43,158 nt of DNA from the IMG/VR virus record IMGVR_UViG_3300042904_000017, positions 1-43,158 of that record; one strand, given 5' to 3'. Below are positions 7,174-14,755 of this stretch, in pieces. The position numbers and the translations under genes were made by a program. How positions within the stretch are numbered: position 1 is the stretch's first letter; each line of letters opens with the position of its first letter. This DNA comes from a virus. Taxonomy: Duplodnaviria > Caudoviricetes. Below the pieces are notes generated by a model. The model saw only the letters and a list, made by a program, of their open reading frames with translations, made no database searches and was not told the DNA's origin.

Positions 7174-9726
7174 ATGACTATGACCACCGAACACAACAAC
7201 GAACCAGAAGACCTGATCGAGACACAACTCCGTCTGGAAGAGGAAATGACTCAGCGAGGCGCTGACCGTTTCATCCGCAATACGGCCAAGGCCCTGGAGG
7301 GTGGGCGGGAAGAACAGACAGCTTACGGTCGCACGATCTTGGCCGGTCGCGTTGAGAAGCTGGCCCAGGCCATCGGAGCCTGGCAGACGGCCACGGCTGA
7401 AGGTGCACCTGGTCTCCGCAACTCCGCAGCGTTCCGCCTGATCGGCACCCACGATGCCCGTGTGTTGTCCTTCCTGACCCTCAAGAACGTCCTGAGCGGT
7501 CTCTCATCCCCGCGTACGGTTCAGTACGTAGCTGTTGCCATCGGCACGGCCATTGAGGACGAGGCCCGGTTCGCTGCCATCCGCGAAGGCGAGCGGCACA
7601 TCTACGACCGAATCGTGAAGGGCTCGAAGAAGCGCACCTCCGCCCGCTACAAGCACATCTACGCAACCCGCGTGGCCGACAACCACGACGAGTGGCAAGG
7701 CTGGACCCGCACTGACCGCCTACACGTAGGGGTCAAGCTGCTGGACATCATGATGCAGTCCATCGGCCTGATCGAGGTGGGCACGAACGGGGAGGGCACC
7801 GAAAAGGCCCTGAAGTACGTGAAGCCGCTCCCGAGCACCCTGGAATGGATCGAGAGGAAGAACGCGGCCACGGCCCTGCTGCGGCCTGTCTATGAGCCGA
7901 TGGTAGTGCAGCCCCGCGACTGGACCACCCCGTATGACGGTGGCTACCTGTCCTCCGACATCAAGCCGCTGGTGATGGTCAAGACCAAGAACCGAGCGTA
8001 CCTGGAGGAGCTGACCTCCGTGGACATGCCGATTGTCTACGATGCCCTGAACGCCATCCAGCGCACGGCCTGGCAGATCAACAGCCAGGTGCTGGAGGTC
8101 ATGCGGACCTTCTGGGACCACGGCACGGTGATCGCAGGGATGCCCCCGCGTGAGGGCCTGGCGCTGCCACCGAAGCCCCACGACATCGACACGAACGCCG
8201 AGGCCCAGGCGGAGTACCGCAAGGCTGCCTTCAAGGTCCACTCGGAGAACCTGTCACTGCTGGGCAGCCGGATCGGCTTCAACATGACCCTGGACATCGC
8301 CGGTCGCTACGAGAAGTACCGCAAGATTTTCTTCCCGTACCAGCTCGATTTCCGTGGGCGCATCTACGCGGTCCCGCACATCAACCCGCAGGGGCCTGAC
8401 TACCAGAAGGGGCTCCTCAGGTTCGCCAACGGGAAACCGCTGGGGGAGGATGGATGGAAGTGGCTGGCCGTGCATGGGGCCAACGTGGCGGGCTACGACA
8501 AGGCCAGCCTGGAAGACCGTGTTCACTGGGTATTGGAGAACGAAGATGAAATCCTACGAATTGCTGCTGACCCATACGGAAACCGTGGGTGGGCAGACAC
8601 TGTTGGCGGGGTGGGGATCGACAAGCCGTGGCAATTCCTTGCTTTTTGCTTCGAGTGGGCCGGATATGCTCAGCACGGAGAGTCTTTCGTCTCCAAGATA
8701 CCCGTGGCTATGGACGGTAGCTGCTCTGGCATTCAACACTTTTCCGCTATGCTCCGAGACGAAAAGGGTGGAGCTGCCGTCAATCTGGTCCCGCAAGACC
8801 TCCCGGCCGATGTCTACCGCCAAGTCTCCGACCTGGTGACCAAGTGGGCTCAGTCGGATGCCACCAACGGGACCGAGGACACGCTGAAGCACGGCCAGGA
8901 CGGCACCCCATACGTGGTGGCCGGGAGCAAAACCCTGGCCCAGCAGTGGCTGGCCTTCGGGATCAACCGCAAGGTCACCAAGCGCTCCGTGATGACCCTG
9001 GCCTACGGCTCCAAGCAGTACGGCTTCAAGGAGCAGCTCATGGAGGACATCCTCTGGCCTGCCAAGCGGGCAGCCACGCGACCTGACGGCACCGTGGACC
9101 ACGAGAAGTTCCCGTTCGCCAACGATGGCTTCGCTGCTGCGGTCTACATGGCGGAGATGATCTGGGGTGCGGTGAACCAGGTGTTGGTCAAAGCCGGTGA
9201 GGCAATGGCCTGGCTCCAGGAGGCAGCCAGCCTGGCCGCGAAGGAGGGACTGCCGGTCCGCTGGACGACCCCGGTGGGCTTCCCGGTGATGCAGGCTTAC
9301 CCGGCCCTGGCCGAGCGCAGGATACAGACCGCTATCAACGGCACCGTCCTGCGGCTCGTGATGAACCAGGAGAAGGAAGGCTTGGACAGCCGGAAGCAGA
9401 GCCAGGGGATCAGCCCGAACTTCGTGCACTCCTGTGATGCGTCCCACCTCATGCTGACCGTGAGCCGCGCCAAGCAGGCCGGGATCAACTCCTTTGCGAT
9501 GATCCACGACTCGTTCGGGACCACCGCAGGGGACACCGAGAAGCTGTACCACGTTGTCCGCGAGGCGTTCATCGAGATGTACACCGAGGTGGATGTCCTC
9601 GGGAACTTCCGGGATGAGCTGAAGGGGCAGCTCAGCGAGAAACTGCAGAAGAAACTGAAGCCGCTCCCAGAGAGTGGCACCCTGGACCTTTCCGCCGTAG
9701 CGGATAGCCGGTTTTGTTTCGCCTAA
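7174..9726 (+). CDS. gp1: Single-subunit DNA-directed RNA polymerase
   Basis: DFRGRIY, DGSCSGIQH, RKVTKRSVMTLAYGS, PNFVHSCD, IHDSFGT, C-terminal FCFA. Confidence 0.99.
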   Translation: MTMTTEHNNEPEDLIETQLRLEEEMTQRGADRFIRNTAKALEGGREEQTAYGRTILAGRVEKLAQAIGAWQTATAEGAPGLRNSAAFRLIGTHDARVLSFLTLKNVLSGLSSPRTVQYVAVAIGTAIEDEARFAAIREGERHIYDRIVKGSKKRTSARYKHIYATRVADNHDEWQGWTRTDRLHVGVKLLDIMMQSIGLIEVGTNGEGTEKALKYVKPLPSTLEWIERKNAATALLRPVYEPMVVQPRDWTTPYDGGYLSSDIKPLVMVKTKNRAYLEELTSVDMPIVYDALNAIQRTAWQINSQVLEVMRTFWDHGTVIAGMPPREGLALPPKPHDIDTNAEAQAEYRKAAFKVHSENLSLLGSRIGFNMTLDIAGRYEKYRKIFFPYQLDFRGRIYAVPHINPQGPDYQKGLLRFANGKPLGEDGWKWLAVHGANVAGYDKASLEDRVHWVLENEDEILRIAADPYGNRGWADTVGGVGIDKPWQFLAFCFEWAGYAQHGESFVSKIPVAMDGSCSGIQHFSAMLRDEKGGAAVNLVPQDLPADVYRQVSDLVTKWAQSDATNGTEDTLKHGQDGTPYVVAGSKTLAQQWLAFGINRKVTKRSVMTLAYGSKQYGFKEQLMEDILWPAKRAATRPDGTVDHEKFPFANDGFAAAVYMAEMIWGAVNQVLVKAGEAMAWLQEAASLAAKEGLPVRWTTPVGFPVMQAYPALAERRIQTAINGTVLRLVMNQEKEGLDSRKQSQGISPNFVHSCDASHLMLTVSRAKQAGINSFAMIHDSFGTTAGDTEKLYHVVREAFIEMYTEVDVLGNFRDELKGQLSEKLQKKLKPLPESGTLDLSAVADSRFCFA

Positions 9727-9729
9727 TCA

Positions 9730-9784
9730 CTTCCTAATTTGCAACTATCACAGCCGGGGAAGCATTCCTGCCACATACGGATAA
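9730..9784 (+). promoter_or_regulatory. Operator units plus phage RNAP promoter
   Basis: Units at 9730/9747/9764; GCATTCCTGCCACATAC|GGATAA at 9762. Confidence 0.7.
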
Positions 9785-9826
9785 ACGAGCCGAGCCCCGG
9801 CTGACCACCTGTCACTGAGACTACCT

Positions 9827-9991
9827 ATGACCGAGATCGAAATCGAACGCGAGTACCACGACCGTACTCCTGAGCTGAAGCGCGCAATCAACCAATGGAA
9901 ACACGGGAACACCATCCCGCTGGACCTGGCGGTTGCTTTGATGGAGCAGGGCCACGACGTTGAGTCCCTCGCTGCCAAGTACCGAAACTAA
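9827..9991 (+). CDS. 54-aa hypothetical protein
   Basis: Read manually: [54 protein letters not shown]; typical codon usage. Confidence 0.7.
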   Translation: MTEIEIEREYHDRTPELKRAINQWKHGNTIPLDLAVALMEQGHDVESLAAKYRN

Positions 9992-10007
9992 CCCCAACAC
10001 ACACGAT

Positions 10008-10685
10008 ATGGCAGAAAAGAAACAGAAGAACTTCCAGGCTACCACCCCTCGCGGCATCTTCCGCTACCCGGCCCTGGACAAACCCGACTTCGGTAACGAG
10101 GAGTTTCCGAAGCCCCAGGGCGTCTACAAGGTCCAGCTCATCCTGACTGAGCAGGAGGCTGAACCACTGATCGCCAAGCTGGCCCCCCTGTACGACCAGG
10201 CCGTGGCCGAAGGCAATGAGAAGTTCAAGGGCCTGAAGGTTGAGCAGCGCAAGAAGCTGAAGGAACTGAAGGTCAACGACCTGTACGCCCAGGAGTACGA
10301 CCGCGAGACCGAGGAGCCTACCGGCAACCTGATCTTCAAGTTCGAGATGAACGCCTCCGGCGAGAACAAGAAGGGCGAGAAGTACACCCGCAAGCCAGCC
10401 ATCTTCGATGCCAAGGGCAAGCCGATGGTGAAGGTCCCGTCCATCTGGGGTGGCACCGAGGGCAAGGTGTCGTTCGAGGCCGTCCCGTACTTCATCGCAG
10501 GCACTGGTGCCGCTGGCCTGAAGCTACGCCTGAACGCTGCCCAGATCATCGAGCTGGTCTCTGGTGGTCAGCGAGCTGCGAGCGACTACGGCTTCGGTGA
10601 GGAAGACGGCTTCGAGGCCGGTGACCAGACCGAGGAAGATACCCCGTTCAAGGACGAAAGTGGTAGCGGCGAAGAAGAGTTCTAA
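10008..10685 (+). CDS. gp2.5: Single-stranded DNA-binding protein
   Basis: PDF...[26 protein letters not shown]; acidic tail ending in F. Confidence 0.95.
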   Translation: MAEKKQKNFQATTPRGIFRYPALDKPDFGNEEFPKPQGVYKVQLILTEQEAEPLIAKLAPLYDQAVAEGNEKFKGLKVEQRKKLKELKVNDLYAQEYDRETEEPTGNLIFKFEMNASGENKKGEKYTRKPAIFDAKGKPMVKVPSIWGGTEGKVSFEAVPYFIAGTGAAGLKLRLNAAQIIELVSGGQRAASDYGFGEEDGFEAGDQTEEDTPFKDESGSGEEEF

Positions 10686-11094
10686 GGCTTCGCTGACTGC
10701 CCGCCAGGTGGCCCTGAAGTACGGCTTCAGGTCCGGCCTGGAGGAGAAGATCGCAGGAACGCTCACCTCGAAAGGGGTGGGCTTCACGTATGAGGAACTA
10801 ACGATCCCTTACGTGGCTCCCGCAAAGCCTCATAAGTACACCCCAGACTTCGTGCTGGACAACGGCATCATCATCGAGAGTAAGGGCCGCTTCGAGACCG
10901 CAGATCGGCAGAAGCACCTGCTGGTAAAAGCCCAGCACCCCCACCTCGACATCCGTTTCGTCTTCAGCTCATCGAAGGCCAAGATCAACAAACGGAGCAC
11001 CACGACTTACGCGAACTGGTGCGAGAAGAATGGCTTCCTCTACGCAGACAAGGAAATTCCTGAGGCGTGGCTGAAGGAGCCTAAGAAAACATGA
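10660..11094 (+). CDS. gp3: Endonuclease I (Holliday junction resolvase)
   Basis: [29 protein letters not shown]; likely GTG start at 10660. Confidence 0.95.
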   Translation: MVAAKKSSKASLTARQVALKYGFRSGLEEKIAGTLTSKGVGFTYEELTIPYVAPAKPHKYTPDFVLDNGIIIESKGRFETADRQKHLLVKAQHPHLDIRFVFSSSKAKINKRSTTTYANWCEKNGFLYADKEIPEAWLKEPKKT

Positions 11095-11543
11095 GTTACG
11101 ACGCAAAGACTAAGAACCGTGTACGCACGGAGTACCTGGCGATTCATTGCAGTGCCACCCGCCCGTCCCAGGATGTTGGCGCTTCGGACATCGACCGATG
11201 GCACCGCCAGCGTGGATTCGCTTGCATCGGATACAACTACGTGATCCGCCGTGATGGCACCGTGGAGAATGGACGCCCGCGTGATCAGATCGGCGCGCAT
11301 GTGGAAGGCTGGAACTCCGTGTCCCTGGGCATCTGCATGGTAGGAGGGGTCTCCGAGAAGGAAGCGAATGCCCCGGAGAACAACTTCACCAAGGAGCAGT
11401 TCGAGTCCCTGAAGAAGCTCCTGCTGGAGCTGCGCAAGGTGTACCCGAAGGCGCACATCCAGGGCCACCGAGATTTCCCGAAAGTGAATAAGGCGTGTCC
11501 GAGTTTCCAGGTATCGACCTGGCTGAAAGAAGTTGGAATCTAA
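11091..11543 (+). CDS. gp3.5: N-acetylmuramoyl-L-alanine amidase (T7 lysozyme-like)
   Basis: IHCSAT, IGYNYVIRRDG, GAHV, GHRD, KACPSF. Confidence 0.97.
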   Translation: MSYDAKTKNRVRTEYLAIHCSATRPSQDVGASDIDRWHRQRGFACIGYNYVIRRDGTVENGRPRDQIGAHVEGWNSVSLGICMVGGVSEKEANAPENNFTKEQFESLKKLLLELRKVYPKAHIQGHRDFPKVNKACPSFQVSTWLKEVGI

Positions 11544-11931
11544 GCAGTGTCCTAGGTGCCTCCAGGAGAGGCCCGCGAGTGAGTTCTACAAAGCCGCAAG
11601 TGGAAACCCTGGAGGCCAGTGCAAACAGTGCCGGTCTAAAGTGTCCCGAGAGAAGTACGGCACGGACCCCGCCAGCATCCTGGCACCGAGATACGGAATC
11701 ACGGTAGCGACCTTAAACGGAATTCTGGATGAGCAATCGTTTCTCTGTGCGATTTGTGAGGAACCTCTCCGGGGAGGCCGCTACCAGGCCATCGACCATG
11801 ACCACACTTCAGGGAAGGTTCGAGGGGTTCTCTGCGCCTCTTGCAATACCGCCATCGGCAAATTGAAAGATGATCCAGAAATAATTCGCCGCGCCGCAGA
11901 CTATGTGGAGCGGCATAAATTCCCCAACTGA
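11533..11931 (+). CDS. Endonuclease VII-like (HNH-fold) free-standing endonuclease
   Basis: CAIC...IDHDH...VRGVLCASCN plus N-terminal CxxC pairs; more AT-rich codons. Confidence 0.85.
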   Translation: MESKQCPRCLQERPASEFYKAASGNPGGQCKQCRSKVSREKYGTDPASILAPRYGITVATLNGILDEQSFLCAICEEPLRGGRYQAIDHDHTSGKVRGVLCASCNTAIGKLKDDPEIIRRAADYVERHKFPN

Positions 11932-11941
11932 AAAGGACCGT

Positions 11942-12070
11942 ATGAAAGACCTGAACAAGTACCAGCGCCCGACCTTCGAGCAATACGAAGCACTGAAGCA
12001 GAACAAACGGAGCATCCGCCAAGCTGGCTTGTTCCGTCTGGATGCACGTGCCCGGCTGGTGACCAAGTAA
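11942..12070 (+). CDS. 42-aa basic protein
   Basis: AAGGA RBS; MKDLNKYQRPTFEQYEALKQNKRSIRQAGLFRLDARARLVTK. Confidence 0.65.
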   Translation: MKDLNKYQRPTFEQYEALKQNKRSIRQAGLFRLDARARLVTK

Positions 12071-12090
12071 TCCCTGCCACATACGGATAA
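12068..12090 (+). promoter_or_regulatory. Phage RNAP promoter
   Basis: TAATCCCTGCCACATAC|GGATAA; 18 bp identical to the 9767 copy; aligns with the T7 promoter format. Confidence 0.75.
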
Positions 12091-12170
12091 GGGAGCCGAT
12101 CCCTCATCCGGTGTTTCCTTTCATCTCCTAGTAGTACTTCGGGCTGGCCTTCGGGCTGGCCCTCTTTTTT
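12085..12170 (+). ncRNA. Predicted ~86-nt small RNA
   Basis: Promoter +1, 5' hairpin, unpaired C/U-rich tract, UUCG terminator hairpin plus T6; no ORF. Confidence 0.45.
12141..12170 (+). terminator. Terminator hairpin with cUUCGg loop
   Basis: gggctggcc-ttcg-ggctggccc then tctttttt. Confidence 0.65.
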
Positions 12171-12179
12171 CTGGGCGAC

Positions 12180-13811
12180 ATGCAAGACACTGAAAGCGTT
12201 CTCGTCCGTAAGGAGCCGTGTCCTTCATGTGGCTCCCGAGACAACCTCGCAAGATATTCCGATGGTCACGCCTACTGCTTTTCCCAGGGGTGCGGCCACT
12301 ACGAACGTGGTGATGGCGAAGCCCACACCAGCACAACAAAGAAAGCACGAATGGAAGGACTGATCGCCGGGGAATACAAGCCCCTGCTGAAGCGCAAGAT
12401 TACCGAGGAGACCGCACGCAAGTTCGGTTACCAGGTTGGCGAATACAAAGGGAAGGTGGTCCAGCTTGCACCATACTACGATGCCTCAGGCACGATGGTC
12501 GCGCAGAAGGTCCGCTTCGCTGACAAAGGGTTCACCGTAGCGGGGGACTCCAAGGCCATCTCAGGAATCCTCTTCGGCCAGAACCTCTGGAACTCCGGGA
12601 AGAAGATCGTGATCACCGAGGGTGAGATCGATGCGATGACCGTGAGCCAGGTGCAGGGCAATAAGTGGCCCGTGGTCTCCGTCCCGAACGGTGCCCAGGG
12701 TGCCAAGAAGTCCCTCAGCAAAGCCCTCGAATACCTGAACGGGTTCGAGGAGATCATCCTGATGTTCGACATGGACGAACCTGGCAAAGCCGCTGCTGCG
12801 GAGTGCGCCGAACTGTTCGCTCCCGGCAAGTGCAAGATTGCTGCATTGCCGATGAAGGACCCCAACGAGTTACTGCAGGCGGGACGAGAGCAGGACATCA
12901 TCACTGCGATCTGGAACGCCAAGGCGTACCGGCCCGATGGCCTAGTGAACGTGATCGACTTACGGGAGGAGATGAAGAAGCCCACCGAAATGGGCCTCCC
13001 GTGGTTTCTCGATGAACTCACTCACCTCACCTATGGCAGGCGCTATGGGGAGGTCTATGGCCTCGGTGCCGGTACTGGGGTGGGGAAGTCTGACTTCCTC
13101 GCTCAGCAAATCTCATTCGACATCACGGTCCTCAACCAGCGCGTAGGCACGATCTTCCTGGAGCAGAAGCCCACGGAGACCGGCAAGCGTGTGGCTGGCA
13201 AGATCGCTGGCAAACGCTTCCACGTCCCCAACGCAGGCTGGACGGAAGAGGAGCTGGACTCTGCGGTCAACGCACTGGGTGACAACCTGGTCCTCTATGA
13301 CTCCTTCGGGGAAACCGAGTGGGACGTAGTGAAAGCGAAGGTCCGCTTTATGGCTCTCTCCGAGGGCATCAAGCTGATCTACATCGACCACCTCACGGCA
13401 ATGGCAGACACCGCCGATGAGAAGGGCAGCCTCGAACAGATCATGAAGGAGATGGCGGGCCTGGCCCAAGAGCTGGGCGTGATCATCCACTTCGTGAGTC
13501 ACCTCACGACCCCCGAGGGGAAACCCCACGAGGAAGGCGGAAGGGTCTCCATCAGACACTTCAAGGGCTCCCGAGCAATCGGCTTCTGGTCCTACTTCAT
13601 GTTCGGCCTGGAGCGTGACCAGCAGGCGGAAGACCCAGTGGTCCGCCAAACAACACTCCTCCGCATCCTGAAGGACCGCTACACCGGCCAAGCAACTGGT
13701 GAGGTGATCTACCTGGCCTACGACAAGGACACCGGCCTCCTTTCAGCAACAGAAGCGCCCAAGCAAGCAAACCCCTTCAAAGACGAAACCGGCACACCTG
13801 CCGAATTTTAA
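12180..13811 (+). CDS. gp4: DNA primase/helicase
   Basis: Zn finger CPSC...C...C, TOPRIM EGEIDA/DMD, Walker A GTGVGKS, IDHL; possible internal start at Met 12351 as in T7 4B. Confidence 0.98.
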   Translation: MQDTESVLVRKEPCPSCGSRDNLARYSDGHAYCFSQGCGHYERGDGEAHTSTTKKARMEGLIAGEYKPLLKRKITEETARKFGYQVGEYKGKVVQLAPYYDASGTMVAQKVRFADKGFTVAGDSKAISGILFGQNLWNSGKKIVITEGEIDAMTVSQVQGNKWPVVSVPNGAQGAKKSLSKALEYLNGFEEIILMFDMDEPGKAAAAECAELFAPGKCKIAALPMKDPNELLQAGREQDIITAIWNAKAYRPDGLVNVIDLREEMKKPTEMGLPWFLDELTHLTYGRRYGEVYGLGAGTGVGKSDFLAQQISFDITVLNQRVGTIFLEQKPTETGKRVAGKIAGKRFHVPNAGWTEEELDSAVNALGDNLVLYDSFGETEWDVVKAKVRFMALSEGIKLIYIDHLTAMADTADEKGSLEQIMKEMAGLAQELGVIIHFVSHLTTPEGKPHEEGGRVSIRHFKGSRAIGFWSYFMFGLERDQQAEDPVVRQTTLLRILKDRYTGQATGEVIYLAYDKDTGLLSATEAPKQANPFKDETGTPAEF

Positions 13812-13819
13812 GGACCACT

Positions 13820-14056
13820 ATGAAATCCATCATCGCTTTCTTCCAGTCCCTGACCTCCCCGACTACCACCACCTCCGCCATCGCCAACCTGGACCGCGCC
13901 ATCGCCAAGCTGAAGCGTGCTGAGGAGAACCACGCGGACGCCTACGACCAGCACCTGTACGCTGCAGAGGAACACCAGGCCGCAGCAGACAAGCACTACG
14001 CTGCCTCCGAGCGTGCTGGCCGCATCGCCGCCAAGCTGGAAGACCTGCTGGCCTGA
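13820..14056 (+). CDS. Small coiled-coil hypothetical protein
   Basis: AAGGA RBS; Ala-rich helical sequence. Confidence 0.8.
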   Translation: MKSIIAFFQSLTSPTTTTSAIANLDRAIAKLKRAEENHADAYDQHLYAAEEHQAAADKHYAASERAGRIAAKLEDLLA

Positions 14057-14057
14057 T

Positions 14058-14579
14058 ATGAACCTCCAGGACCAGTTGTACTTCTTCCGGGAGATTCTCC
14101 AGGAAGTGCAGGTCATGTTCCCTGGGGCCACTGCCGTGATCGGTGGTGGTGCCCTGCGGGACGCCTACCATGACCGACCCATCAAGGACGTGGATGTCTT
14201 CCTACGCGCAAAGGACTTCCCGAACGGCCTGAACCACCGCCTGATCAAGCAGCTCATTCCACCTTCGGTGTCCAGCTACGCACTGCGTTCGGACATGCAC
14301 GGTGTCTACGACTGCCTGCCACTGATGCAAGGCTACCAGGTGCAGTTCATCCTGGCCGACTTCAATGACCGCATCGACTTGGCAAACACCTTCGACCTTG
14401 GCCTGAGCCGCATCACATATGACGGCAACAAACTCTACCTCCACCCGGACTTTGTTGAGGACTCGGATGCCAAGCAGTTCCGCATCCTCCGTGCTGACGA
14501 TGACGGCCAAACCATCCGCAGCGAACGGCGCATCGACCGCCTGCTGACCAAATACCCTGACTTCAAGAGAGCCGCATGA
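14058..14579 (+). CDS. Nucleotidyltransferase (CCA-adding/poly(A) polymerase head-domain-like)
   Basis: IGGGALRD...KDVDVF signature and FDL. Confidence 0.85.
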   Translation: MNLQDQLYFFREILQEVQVMFPGATAVIGGGALRDAYHDRPIKDVDVFLRAKDFPNGLNHRLIKQLIPPSVSSYALRSDMHGVYDCLPLMQGYQVQFILADFNDRIDLANTFDLGLSRITYDGNKLYLHPDFVEDSDAKQFRILRADDDGQTIRSERRIDRLLTKYPDFKRAA

Positions 14580-14743
14580 AATCCATCACCTTCCGTACCC
14601 TAGCAACTGCCGCCTTGGCCGTTGCCATCGTTCCGTTCGTCCTCGCGGTCCTACTGGCAAGCGCTGCCGAAGGCAGTTTCAAGCGCACGTTGAAGGACAC
14701 TCCAGAAGCCATCAAGGCTCTGTTCCAGGTCATCTGGGAATAA
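14576..14743 (+). CDS. 55-aa membrane protein
   Basis: ATGA overlap; hydrophobic segment LATAALAVAIVPFVLAVLLA. Confidence 0.65.
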   Translation: MKSITFRTLATAALAVAIVPFVLAVLLASAAEGSFKRTLKDTPEAIKALFQVIWE

Positions 14744-14755
14744 CCGAAGGACGGC

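Noticed and set aside
11901-12108. Minus-strand ORF with AAGGA RBS opposite the sRNA candidate
   Set aside because: It runs antisense through a promoter and two genes and the product looks non-protein-like. It remains a weak alternative explanation for the C/U tract.
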